A DNA stretch of 64,000 nt, taken from the NCBI GenBank assembly GCA_020184695.1, contig JAANOX010000218.1, positions 124,001-188,000 on the forward strand. Direction: 5' to 3'. Positions 11,101-22,545 of the stretch are shown here, piece after piece (position 1 is the stretch's first letter; each line of letters begins with the position of its first letter). The notes under the pieces were generated by a model. That model was not told the origin of the DNA. It saw only the letters and a list, made by a program, of their open reading frames with translations, and searched no databases. The DNA is from Histomonas meleagridis 2922-C6/04-290x (lineage: Eukaryota > Protista > Parabasalia). A program made the position numbers and the translations under genes.

Positions 11101-11837
11101 ATTAAATTATGTACATTAGTCTCAAATGTATTAATGAAACTGTCTGTACCCGATTCATCTGACAATCGTTCATAGAATGAATTCAATTGCATATATCGTT
11201 GGAACTGAGAAAACAACGCTTGGCCTGCAAGTCCGCGCGTATGTTGATCTGCAATTGATTGGATCGACTTAATAAGTTCGTCAAGAGCGGAGTAATCGTG
11301 ATGCAGAAATGCGCGAAGAAATAATGAGTTCTCGAGAAAATACGGCGTCTCTTTGGATTGGATAATTGCTGACCCAGGACGCGTTTGAAGTTGCGATAAT
11401 GACTCATCATTCGGCGTCGATGGTTTGATTGCACTGATCCCAGTTTGTGATGTCGCAAGTTGCCGCTCAAGTTCTCTCCGATCTTGAAGCGCCATTTCAA
11501 GTGCTATTGCTTGGTCATTTTGGATGCGCGTAAGAGTCCGAACTTCCGCTTGAAGTCGTTCGATTTGTTGATTCTTGAGTTTGAGTATGGATTCGAGATG
11601 CGCAATTTGCATCTGTGAGGCATTCGATTGGTCGCCGTCACCATAAATGGCAGTGTCGATAATTGAGTTCTCGTTAAAATCAATAAACTTGGAATCGTTG
11701 GTGGTGGTGACATTCGGAGCTCCATCGGCGGCGGGTTCGGGAGCATCTGATTTGGCACTTCGTCCTGCAAATGCTTTAAGGAACGAAGAAAGTTGGGAGC
11801 TCGGATCCGCCATTTCTTCTTTACGGAAAAGTGCCAT
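8190..11837 (-). CDS. Multi-GAF domain protein with a C-terminal class I cyclic-nucleotide phosphodiesterase-like domain (catalytic residues degenerate)
   Basis: GAF motifs ([48 protein letters not shown]..FSSTD). PDE-like FHN, HNVGHSG, ILET and QVEYI..YCMPLF. Confidence 0.85.
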   Translation of the reverse strand: [1215 protein letters not shown]

Positions 11838-12420
11838 TGAAATAACGTGCATAGCGAACGTTACTATTTTTACAGAACGATTTTTTTGTGTTCAAAAATG
11901 AACGGTCGTTTCGAGTCAAAAAACTTTTTATTCATTTTTAATGCTACAACTACGAAGAATCGCTTGGGAAAAGTATATAATGACTCATGCGCTGGAAGGT
12001 ATTTGTTGTATAAAATGCAGAAGATTTAACGTTTACTATTGCATCAAATTGGAAACGATGGCCTTTAAACGATGGATTCTTTAAAAAGGCAATGCGAGTG
12101 AAGTACAATTATATTATTTCATATTTATTCATCAAACTTGGTATGTATATGCTTTTGAAAAAAGGTTCTTATGAATCAACGTAGACAGTGTTTTGCTGCG
12201 CCTATATAAATTATTTGATATATTATATCCAAAAATTTACACGTGTAAATATATTTCTAATTCATTTTGTTGACATATTTCAGCTCATGGAAATAATACT
12301 AAAAATATCTTTTTAAGATTAATATTCGATGATAATTAACGATATAAAAGCAAAACACATACAATGTATACAATGTATATATCATAAGAAATTTCAACAA
12401 AAATTTATTTTTATTTATGA

Positions 12421-14296
12421 TTATATTTGTTCAATGAATTTTTCTTCTTTAAAATCTTCAGCAAATGGATCTTCTTCAATGTTTGTGATACTTATTCCGG
12501 TAGTGAATGTGTTCGTTGTTTCTGTTTCTTTTTCTTCTGATTTATCATTTTCATAAATTTCTTCTTTTTTATTTCGAATATGTTTCAATAATATAATTAA
12601 TAATGTGATAATGACTATTACTATAACAATAACACAAACAGAAATGATAATAATTGTTGTTTTATTATCGTTGTTTTGATTATCATTATCATTATTATCA
12701 GTGTAAAGCATTGTAAAGAAATTGGAATAATAATTATAATAAGTCGAATATATAACAATCGTATAATTGTAATAAATAAATTCTGTTTCAATATATGAAA
12801 ATGTCAAATTATTTATATATAATGAAAATGATTTCGTTTGTGTTTCATAAACAGTTAACGAACGTGTGATTGATAATGTAACTGTTAGTGTATACGAAAA
12901 TGACAATGAAACATCGCTTTGTAACAACACAGTAAATGTATTTGAATTAGGAAATGTACTTGATTGACTACATGAGTATAATTCTGAGAATGAAATTGAA
13001 TCTGACTGTGTATATGTGTTTGATTTAAATGTATTTGATTGACTAAATGAATGTGATGGAAGTGGTTCGCATGTTCCTTCTCTGGATTCCCTAATAACAC
13101 CCAAACTTCCAAAATGATTGTCTTTATATGTTGAATATGTGATAACACTTGTTGAAACATTATAAAATGCACTTTCGCCAATATCTGGTTCTCTGCATTG
13201 AAGGTTATAACCTTTCCCACATGCTGCACTTAAAATTTCTCTTATTCCATATCCAAGTGTTAATATCGTTAAATTAGAACAGAATGCAAATGCTGAATTT
13301 CCAATTGTTACAACTGAATTTGGAATTGTAATGTTTTTTGATTGATGAACACAATGAAAATGATGAACCACCAATTTCTGTAACATTTCCTCCAAATATA
13401 ATCGTTTCTAAATTAAAACATGAAGAAAACACATAAATTCCAATATTTGTGACTGAGTTACCAAAATTAACTGAAACGACTGAAGGCCATTCTGTAAATG
13501 AATTACCTGGAATTGAATAAATATTTTTCACTGATAATGATATATTTCGTGATATATTTTTATATTGGTTAATTTCATTAAATTCATTTGAATTTATGAT
13601 TAACAATGTTGAATTATCATCATTAAATATTTGCAATGAATTTACAAAAAACAATCCAAAAACATTAATATTTTCAATTTTTTTCTTTTCCTTTAATTTC
13701 AATGCATATTTAGTCGTTGATTTTTTCTGAACTGTTGTCGAATTTTTCTGATAAAGTTTGATAGAAATAACCGAAAACATTATTGAAAAAACGACAGTTA
13801 AATTAAGTAAAGCATTCAAAATGCTTGGTCCTTCTTCGTTGTAGTTACGCATCATCGAAAAATGTGAAAATCCACCTTTTATAGAAGATATATCTTTATA
13901 AAATTTGTTAAACGTCTCATTAGATAAACCATTTTTGACAAATATATCAATTTCAAAGAATTTTTCCAAATTGTATGAAAAATTTGTTCTTTGAAATTTC
14001 TGTTTGTTATTAAAATCATGATGTATCATTGTTGTAGAATTGTTGTTAAGACTTGAATTTATACATAAATTGTTTATCAAAACTTTATTATAATTATTGT
14101 TAAATCTTTTAAATTTCTTGTTCGTAATTTCATTATTTAAAACTTCTCTATCATATTGGTAAGTCATTCCTGTCTTGCTTTTGTCTTTTTGTATTTGTAA
14201 TATTTCTTTTTGGATAATATAAGGTGTAATAAGCTTTATATCAGTACTAAATCGTTTCATCATGATCAAAATGCTGAACGAAAAAAAGATTTTCAT
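12421..14296 (-). CDS. BspA-like LRR surface protein, copy 1 (frameshift at the T-run near 13334; pseudogene or assembly error)
   Basis: TpLRR units (IPNSVVTIGNSAFAFC), Ser/Thr stalk, TM, tail DPFAEDF. ORFs 13274..14296 and 12421..13395 join if one T is removed, by comparison with copy 2. Confidence 0.75.
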
Positions 14297-15041
14297 GTTT
14301 CAGCTTGTAATATACTTACAGACCTTCACTATATATACATCGGCTATCTCAAAAGTTCAAAATCTCACGGTTACGCTTTAAAAAACCTGTTGTTTTGTTG
14401 TCGTTTTTCAGATTGACCTTGAAATATTTTTTGAATTGATTTAAAATGACAATTAAAGAAACAACTTTATTACATTCTAGACACACTTTTAAATAACACA
14501 ATGAATATATGTTATAGAGTTGGATTTATGCTTTAATTTGGTGTGCCATTCATTTCTTTAAATTGTTTCTATCATCATGAAATTTATTCTTTTTTAGTCA
14601 TTGGGAATTCTGCTATTTCTTGTTCTTAGAGTTCATTATTTAATATGAAATAAGCATAATATAAGGAGCTCTCAATATAAAAAAATCCTTTACAGTGTAT
14701 CTCTAATATAAACAATATTTTTTGATTTTAAGAATCATGAATATAAGTAAAGTTTATCCTATTTTATTCAAAAATAGCCAACATTTATCGTAAACGTAAT
14801 CCTAATTTAAAATTGATGATATTTGTTCAACAATATATATACCTTATTATATTTAAAGTCGGTAATGTTATACATAATGAAAATTCTAAATTTATTATTA
14901 AAATAATTTAATACACTAAAAAATCAAAATGAAGTATCATCATTAATATGATTTCATTTGTTTTTATATAACACCAAAATAATTTAATAGTCATTTATAA
15001 AAATTAAATTAAAAAAATTTTATATTATATCATAGTTTTCT

Positions 15042-16829
15042 TCAAAGCCAATTGTCTTCATCTTCTTTCACAATATCTTCAACTAAACTATTTACTTCTT
15101 CGATTTGCTTTGTACTTGACGTTGTTGTATCCTTGAATTGTAACTTTGAATTCGATTTTTCTTTCTTCTTATTACTTTTCACTAAAAATATAACAATTCC
15201 AATAATGATCAAAACAAATGCAAATGATCCGCAAATAATTCCAATCAAAGCATTTGTCGTAATTCCATTTGGTGAATTTTCATTGGAAGTATGAAACATT
15301 GTAAAGAAATTGGAATAATAATTATAATAAGTCGAATAAATAACAATTGTGTAATTGTAATAAATAAATTCTGTTTCAATATATGAAAATGTCGAATGAT
15401 TTATATATAATGAAAATGTTTTCGTTTTTGTTTCATAAATAGTTAATGAATGTGTAATTGATAATGTAACTGTTAGTGTATATGAAAATGTTAATGAAAT
15501 ATCACTTTGAAGTGATGCAGTAAATGTATTTGAATCAGAAAATGTATTTGATTGACTAAATGAATGTGATGGAAGTGGTTCGCATGTTCCTTCTCTGGAT
15601 TCCCTAATAACACCCAAACTTCCAAAATGATTGTCTTTATATGTTGAATATGTGATAACACTTGTTGAAACATTATAAAATGCACTTTCGCCAATATCTG
15701 GTTCTGTCTCACCAGAATAATAAATGCATTGAAGATTATAACAATTCCCAAATGCTGAACTTAAAATTTCTCTTATTCCATATCCAAGTGTTAATATCGT
15801 TAAATTAGAACAGAATGCAAATGCTGAATTTCCAATTGTTACAACTGAATTTGGAATTGTAATGTTTTTGATTGATGAACACAATGAAAATGATGAACCA
15901 CCAATTTCTGTAACATTTCCTCCAAATATAATCGTTTCTAAATTAAAACATGAAGAAAACACATAAATTCCAATATTTGTGACTGAGTTACCAAAATTAA
16001 CTGAAACGACTGAAGGCCATTCTGTAAATGAATTACCTGGAATTGAATAAATATTTTCACTGATAATGATATATTTCGTGATATTTTTATATTGGTTAAT
16101 TTCATTAAATTCATTTGAATTTATGATTAACAATGTTGAATTATCATCATTAAATATTTGCAATGAATTTACAAAAAACAATCCAAAAACATTAATATTT
16201 TCAATTTTTTTCTTTTCCTTTAATTTCATTCCACATTTCGTTACCATAAAAATGTTTTTCTGAGCTAACAATGTATTTTTCTGAAGAATTTTGATATAAA
16301 CTGTCATTAACATCGCTGAAAAAATGATGGTTAAACAAAATAAAACATTCAAATTATTTGGTCGTTCTTTTTTATCGTTTCGCATCAAGAAAAAATATGA
16401 AAATTCCAAATTTATTGAAGATATATCACTATAACACTGATTCATGGCATGCAAGGATTCACCACTTGGCGTATGAGTACTGGTTTCAAAGACTTTTTTT
16501 TGAATAATGGAGGGATCTAATTTTAAAAATATTTGTTTTCCATCAAAAACATAACGGACTGTTAATTTATATGGAGGATCGGGAACGCAATTTAGTAAGT
16601 GGAAGTTATTATTGAATATATTTAAGAAGTTGGTAAATATATCAAAATTTTTGTTCACAAATCCAAAGGTTGGAATTTCTGCTTCATGAAATCGAACCAG
16701 CTCTTCTTCGTTTTTATTGCTTTTGATATGTAATTTTTCTTTGGGGCTATAAAATGGTTTTCCAGATCTAATACCAGATATAAATTGTTTCGTAACAGTC
16801 GAAACGAGAAATAACTGAAGAATTTTCAT
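15042..16829 (-). CDS. BspA-like LRR surface protein, copy 2
   Basis: Intact ORF with TpLRR repeats, stalk, TM (LIGIICGSFAFVLIIIGIVIFLV) and an EDNWL tail. Start chosen at MKIL, which matches MKIF of copy 1. Confidence 0.8.
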   Translation of the reverse strand: MKILQLFLVSTVTKQFISGIRSGKPFYSPKEKLHIKSNKNEEELVRFHEAEIPTFGFVNKNFDIFTNFLNIFNNNFHLLNCVPDPPYKLTVRYVFDGKQIFLKLDPSIIQKKVFETSTHTPSGESLHAMNQCYSDISSINLEFSYFFLMRNDKKERPNNLNVLFCLTIIFSAMLMTVYIKILQKNTLLAQKNIFMVTKCGMKLKEKKKIENINVFGLFFVNSLQIFNDDNSTLLIINSNEFNEINQYKNITKYIIISENIYSIPGNSFTEWPSVVSVNFGNSVTNIGIYVFSSCFNLETIIFGGNVTEIGGSSFSLCSSIKNITIPNSVVTIGNSAFAFCSNLTILTLGYGIREILSSAFGNCYNLQCIYYSGETEPDIGESAFYNVSTSVITYSTYKDNHFGSLGVIRESREGTCEPLPSHSFSQSNTFSDSNTFTASLQSDISLTFSYTLTVTLSITHSLTIYETKTKTFSLYINHSTFSYIETEFIYYNYTIVIYSTYYNYYSNFFTMFHTSNENSPNGITTNALIGIICGSFAFVLIIIGIVIFLVKSNKKKEKSNSKLQFKDTTTSSTKQIEEVNSLVEDIVKEDEDNWL

Positions 16830-17746
16830 GATCCGCAATGAAATATAGTGCAAGGCCCGTCCAAATATACATCGGCCAATACAAAAGTTAAAAAGCACAC
16901 GGTTAAGCACTAAAAAATTTGTTGTTTAATTGAAGTTTTTCAATTTAACCCCCAAAATCTTTATTTCAATAATTAAGAACATCTAGAAAAGGATTTATTT
17001 AAATAACAATGTTTAATGCACTTTTAAATAATCTGATGAACAAATATTCTTCATAATCTTTCTTCGTGCATCGATATGATGCACGTTTTGTATCAAAAGA
17101 TGTTTTTAAGCGTATCGTTAGCTTCATTTGTGTTTTTGCTTTCATTACAAAACGAAATTAAATAAAATATATCTAGGAACATATAAGTAATCACATTCTA
17201 TATGTGGAAATCTATTTTATGTTATAATTTTATTTTTAGATTGAATATATATAATGAAACACATGACAAAATTTCATATTTCCAACAATTGGATTATACA
17301 ATCTTTAAAATTTTTTCATACTTCAAACTATTTCAAACTTCATAATGAATGATGACCTGGATTTAAAACCACTCAACTATAATCAACAATAACTTTTATT
17401 ATTCAATTTTTATTATAATCATTATAAATATTTTCTTCAAAAGAATCCGATTCACTAAATAATGGATTTGAATGTTTTTTCATTCTAAAACCTGATTTCT
17501 TTTATGGCGTTAGTATTTTAATTATCATTATAAAGCACACAGTTTAAGCACCGCCTGCGCACAATTTTTCATTAGTAAAGACCACATATAATCAATTAGA
17601 ATTATTTAAAGAATAAATAAAGAGTTAACTAAACTGATATGAAAAACATTGTCATACATAATCACTTAAAATTCAAATTGTTTTGGCACTTTCAAACAAA
17701 GAAAATTTACATAAATTTCTATCTTTACATAACATAAACATAAAAA

Positions 17747-18904
17747 CTATTTAAACAAATGCGAACACTGTTGCTTTAATTCTGGATCATATTCGAATTT
17801 TTTTTGCGTTATTTCGTTCGATAGCGATGTCGTCTTATTTACGCTTTTTTCTTTTTCTTTCTTCTTCCGCTTCTGCATCAGAACAGTTCCAGCTGATAGC
17901 GAACCGTTTATTGCCAATCGATTAATCACTGATGGGATTTGCTTAAAAGTCGCGTTATTTCTTTGTAAAAAGGTCAGCGGTGAATACCTTCGGATCTCAT
18001 CTTCGCCAGAAGGGTCTAAGATGAGTACAGACGATTCATTATTCGCAACCCCGCAATAATTTGATGCACTAAAAATTGTCACGGAGCGGCCGTCAAAGAG
18101 AATATTATGACCACAAGAAGTAAATTCATGCCCCCGAATGATTCGAACCATTTGGGACTTATCTAAAAAATTTAATAATACATCTTCACCAAATAAAAAG
18201 CCAGTCTTTCGTGGTGAGGGATGATAGCCTGTGACCTCGGATGAAGGATCAGACCATACTAATGAACTAATTGTTTGATTATTATAATTATCAATCGGTC
18301 GTTTGAGCTTGTGGATATCAGAAATACTGGTAATAGTTGGGCCTAAGCCACCATGGATACAGAGATTGACATCATCAACAATAGCACCTAATGGCATGTA
18401 TGAAAATGTAAATAAAAATGATTGAAAAATTTGAGTATGATTTGGATATAAGTGCTTGAGCTCATTAAAAAAACCATAGTTGGAACATAAACATGGGAAT
18501 TCATGATTCCCACGAATTATATGTATATGATCTGGATAACAGATTTTCATTAAATATAAATAGAAAATTGTTTCAAATGAAAACTCGCCTCGATCAACAA
18601 TATCTCCAAGAAATAAATATCTGTGAGTTTCAGGGGAGCCACAATTTTGGAATATACGGATTAAATCAAGAAAATGCCCATGAAGATCACCTACAACGAT
18701 AATGGGAGATTTAACTTGTATCAGGGTTTTTTCGTGTTTAAACATATCTTCGATTTTTGAACATACTTGAATAACCAATTTTTCTGGAGGAACCAAAAAA
18801 TTTAAAGGTTCACGTTGACTAGATAGTAATATTGGGTCAAGCTTTGATGTTTCTTCGAAAGAATCAAATATAGGTTGAAAATAAGGAGAAAACTGAACGT
18901 CCAT
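17747..18904 (-). CDS. Ser/Thr protein phosphatase, PPP family (PP1-like)
   Basis: GDLHG, GDIVDRG, RGNHE, HGG, RGHE and SASNY motifs are all present. Confidence 0.95.
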   Translation of the reverse strand: MDVQFSPYFQPIFDSFEETSKLDPILLSSQREPLNFLVPPEKLVIQVCSKIEDMFKHEKTLIQVKSPIIVVGDLHGHFLDLIRIFQNCGSPETHRYLFLGDIVDRGEFSFETIFYLYLMKICYPDHIHIIRGNHEFPCLCSNYGFFNELKHLYPNHTQIFQSFLFTFSYMPLGAIVDDVNLCIHGGLGPTITSISDIHKLKRPIDNYNNQTISSLVWSDPSSEVTGYHPSPRKTGFLFGEDVLLNFLDKSQMVRIIRGHEFTSCGHNILFDGRSVTIFSASNYCGVANNESSVLILDPSGEDEIRRYSPLTFLQRNNATFKQIPSVINRLAINGSLSAGTVLMQKRKKKEKEKSVNKTTSLSNEITQKKFEYDPELKQQCSHLFK

Positions 18905-19359
18905 TAATTTGTGTATCTGCGATGCGGATTATTGAATACCATTGAAATTAAATCTCCGTTCAATTTATTTCACAAATTTTTGTTAACGGTGAATCAAATT
19001 TCAGGCATTTTGTGTAGTGCCGCAAAAGTAATAAATTGACCACAAAACACAATAAGAGCAACGATAATACATACAAAGCAATCATTTAATTACGAAATGC
19101 ATAATGTTATTTATCTTGTATGTTAATAAAATGAATTCAAAATTTTCTAATCGAAGTCTCGATTTAATATCTAACAATATATAATTTTGACCATTTCTGA
19201 TCTTAACATTGCAGTACCATAAATGGTTGTAAGTTTTGGCTGTATAATTTTTGAAAAAAAAAAATATGTTTTACAGATCATAAAATTAATGTGATGACAC
19301 ATTTTTATATGATTTTATAGTAAACCCTTTTTGCCTTTAGCACTAAAATCATAATTTAT

Positions 19360-20940
19360 TCAAAACAAAGCTTCTTTACTTATATTTTGTAATAATTTTA
19401 ATTCTGTCAAATACAAATTCTCTTTGCATGATGATGATATCACGTCATACATCGCATCTTTATCTATTTCCAACAAAAACTTTTCCACTTCTTTTTTGTC
19501 ATATTGCGCATTTTCCGGCATTAAGCATAACAAATAATTTTCTGGGAATACGACAACCACAGGACTTATTCCGAATGAAACATCACTCAAAACTTTCCAT
19601 TTTCTCTCATTCATATCGAAACACATCGGCGATAACATAGCGAACACATCAGCCGGATGATTTTTTATACAAAAACTCATGAAGAAAGACGAAATCTTAA
19701 CAATTCTCAAAACTTTCGAAGCGAATTTATATCTTTCCACAAAATACTCATCATAACCATCTAAGTCGAATTGTTGCATTTCGAACTTCCCTTTTTGTAT
19801 ATCCATTTTCTCGAATATTATACGGATAACAACAGAAGTCAAAAGAGATTCTGCGTGTGAAATAACGTTAAAGAAATTAATCGGAAAAATCCTTTTGTAA
19901 CATTCCATCTTTTTATCAAAGTAACGAACAGTTACATAACCTTTTTGCATATTATTATTGTTATTGTTGTTATTTGGTTTGGGTCGTATAAAGATATGAA
20001 ATGTTTCATTTGTTGAAAGTTTTGTTAGTTTAAACGTTTTCGTGTTTTCAAGCGTTTTTCCACAGCCGAAAATTCGTGTAACTTGAAATGAATCAGAAAA
20101 TAAATATTCAACTTCAGTAAACATTACACGTGTTGTCTTAAATTTTTTAATAATTTGTGAAATTAGAAAATTTATTTGTTGATATCCATAATAATGAATA
20201 GAACAATTACATTCACGTAAAATATATAAAAGTTTATCTCGTGTATCACCGCCAATACAATAAAAATCACAACTCATTGAGTCACGGAAGAAATCGGAAC
20301 TAATAAGTTTAAGTTGTGATGAATCAGGATCTGGTGATCGAGATGTGATTACTAATAATGGATTACGAAGAGTTGCAAGAAAGGTCTTAAATAAATAAAA
20401 AAATCGATGCATGGGTATGGTGGGTTGCTCAGGTGGAAGTACCTGAAGAATATCAAGAAATTGAAAAAAAAGTGAGGTGTTCTTAAGCATGTTAAAATAA
20501 ATGGATTCATGCGGAAACGTGATTTCGGCCATCGTGTCGGGCCATTTTATAAGAGAAAAAGATTTTTCGTTTGAAGATATAATTGGAAAACGAACTGTGG
20601 TCCCAAAAATAATTATTCCAAGATACATGGGTTGAGGAACAGAGAAATATTCGCGGAGTTTTTTACAAAGAAGAGTAACAAATGTTTGAGTTGAATCAGA
20701 AAGTTCAATCATTAATAGAAATGTTTGAGGAATTAAATTTGGTGCACCAACAGCAAAATCAGCCTGATTTTTTAGTGGAATAAAAACGTCAGTTATATCT
20801 GTGAAATTATCAAATTTTGAATTATTATGGAAAGGTAGAGGATACAATGGAACACCCATCTTTTTTGATGGAAATGGTGTAATTGAAAAATACCATTCGG
20901 GAAAATTATCATTTATCCAAGCAGATGTTAAGCATTCCAT
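19360..20940 (-). CDS. Divergent Sec23/Sec24-like (vWA trunk plus beta-sandwich) protein
   Basis: PLYPLPF, FLLMIELS, LGIIIFGTTVRF and VTVRYFD..KRIF resemble the Sec24 trunk and beta-sandwich; similarity judged by eye. Confidence 0.45.
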   Translation of the reverse strand: MECLTSAWINDNFPEWYFSITPFPSKKMGVPLYPLPFHNNSKFDNFTDITDVFIPLKNQADFAVGAPNLIPQTFLLMIELSDSTQTFVTLLCKKLREYFSVPQPMYLGIIIFGTTVRFPIISSNEKSFSLIKWPDTMAEITFPHESIYFNMLKNTSLFFQFLDILQVLPPEQPTIPMHRFFYLFKTFLATLRNPLLVITSRSPDPDSSQLKLISSDFFRDSMSCDFYCIGGDTRDKLLYILRECNCSIHYYGYQQINFLISQIIKKFKTTRVMFTEVEYLFSDSFQVTRIFGCGKTLENTKTFKLTKLSTNETFHIFIRPKPNNNNNNNNMQKGYVTVRYFDKKMECYKRIFPINFFNVISHAESLLTSVVIRIIFEKMDIQKGKFEMQQFDLDGYDEYFVERYKFASKVLRIVKISSFFMSFCIKNHPADVFAMLSPMCFDMNERKWKVLSDVSFGISPVVVVFPENYLLCLMPENAQYDKKEVEKFLLEIDKDAMYDVISSSCKENLYLTELKLLQNISKEALF

Positions 20941-21333
20941 CTTTCTGTGTTGGTTATAAATATATTCAAAAAACACATATAATTTATTATATAAGGTGAT
21001 TCAAAAAGTTAACCTTGAATCCCGGATTTTATTGAACTTGTTTTGGTCAAGGAAAATTGAACAATAACAGCTGCCTGACTATTCAACAGATTGGAATCAA
21101 TTTTGAGTTTTTTTCGATGGAAAATCGTATTTTTAAACACATTTTAACATTCAAAAGTGTCCCAACCGCCTGAAGCTTCATATTTGAATTTACATTCAAT
21201 AGAAAAATTTTGCTCTTAAAATTCTATATATATAGAATTTTGTTTGTGCTAACAAAAATCTGAACTTTACTCATGTGAATTGTTTCAAAAAGTTATTTGT
21301 ACACACCCAAGCCTCACTTGTTTCATTAAATAG

Positions 21334-22545
21334 ATGTACAGGTACGAATTCGAGAAAAAATACCCAAGTTGGAGAACACAATTTATGAGTGATGATGCTT
21401 ATAATGAGGAATATAATAAATTTGTTAAAGAAAAACAAAAAGAAGAAAGAAAAGCAAATAAGCGAATGAATTCTGAAGAAGAACATGAAGAATATCTTCG
21501 AAAACAAAGGGAATGGAGAGAAAGGCAAAAGTCCAGGGAAGAAGCAAAACAAATTGAACGAAAAATGCTTGATGACTATCTCAAGGCTCGGCAAGAGAGA
21601 TTTGAAGAAGAAGAAAGAAAAGCAAAAGAAAAAGAGGAAAAAAGATTAGCAGAGATGAAGAGAAAGGAAGCTGAAGAAAAAGAAGCATATGAAAAGCGAG
21701 TACGAATATTAAATGAAGCTCGCAGGCAAGCCAACTCTGTATCACCTTCTACTAAATCTACTTACAGTTCTTCTGCATCAAGACCAACGTACAATCCTCC
21801 ACCACAAAGGCCAACATATAATCCACCACCACGATACACCACATTTACCGAACAGAAAACATGGTCTCCGAATGCTATATCGGAAGGACCTAAGATATCG
21901 ATCACATTTTCTACCAAATATTTCAAACATCGCGTCCAAAATTTCGACATCACACACCTCATTTCAATATGTGAATATCCGAACTTATATAATTCATGGT
22001 TTAAGTCAGGGTTCTCATTACAAGGGAATCATATTCCACAACGTGCATATGAGATTCAAATGCTAATACAAAACAACAAACCAGTACAATTGCAAGGCGA
22101 ACTTTCGATATATCCACCTCTTAAATGCGTAACAGATTTCAATGATTTGGATTTATCTTCTCGCGCATATTTAATTATTGAAGAAAGATCAAAGCAAGAA
22201 AAACCTGCTTCTTGGACAGTAAGAGATTATGATGGAACAGGAATAAATTTGGAATTGACAATGTCAGATGATTCCGTTCTAATGTTTTACTTACCGCATT
22301 TGATTGCAATATGTGAAAACCCTGAAGAGTTTATCAGATGGCTAAGAAATGGAAGATTTAATTATAGTAATGAAAATTTCGCATTCGTGAAAAGAGTGAA
22401 TTATATAACAATGAATATGAAAAATGGAAATTCGTTTCACGCTGAAGGAAAACTGAGAACATTTGGATTGTTGTCATGTTATGATGATTTAAAGGGAATT
22501 AATATAACGCAATTAGCAGCAAGAGAAATCAATGCATTACTTTGA
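21334..22545 (+). CDS. Hypothetical protein: charged coiled coil, PTYNPPP linker, internally duplicated C-terminal domain
   Basis: 403-aa ORF; HLISICEYPNLYNSW matches HLIAICENPEEFIRW. Confidence 0.7.
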   Translation: MYRYEFEKKYPSWRTQFMSDDAYNEEYNKFVKEKQKEERKANKRMNSEEEHEEYLRKQREWRERQKSREEAKQIERKMLDDYLKARQERFEEEERKAKEKEEKRLAEMKRKEAEEKEAYEKRVRILNEARRQANSVSPSTKSTYSSSASRPTYNPPPQRPTYNPPPRYTTFTEQKTWSPNAISEGPKISITFSTKYFKHRVQNFDITHLISICEYPNLYNSWFKSGFSLQGNHIPQRAYEIQMLIQNNKPVQLQGELSIYPPLKCVTDFNDLDLSSRAYLIIEERSKQEKPASWTVRDYDGTGINLELTMSDDSVLMFYLPHLIAICENPEEFIRWLRNGRFNYSNENFAFVKRVNYITMNMKNGNSFHAEGKLRTFGLLSCYDDLKGINITQLAAREINALL

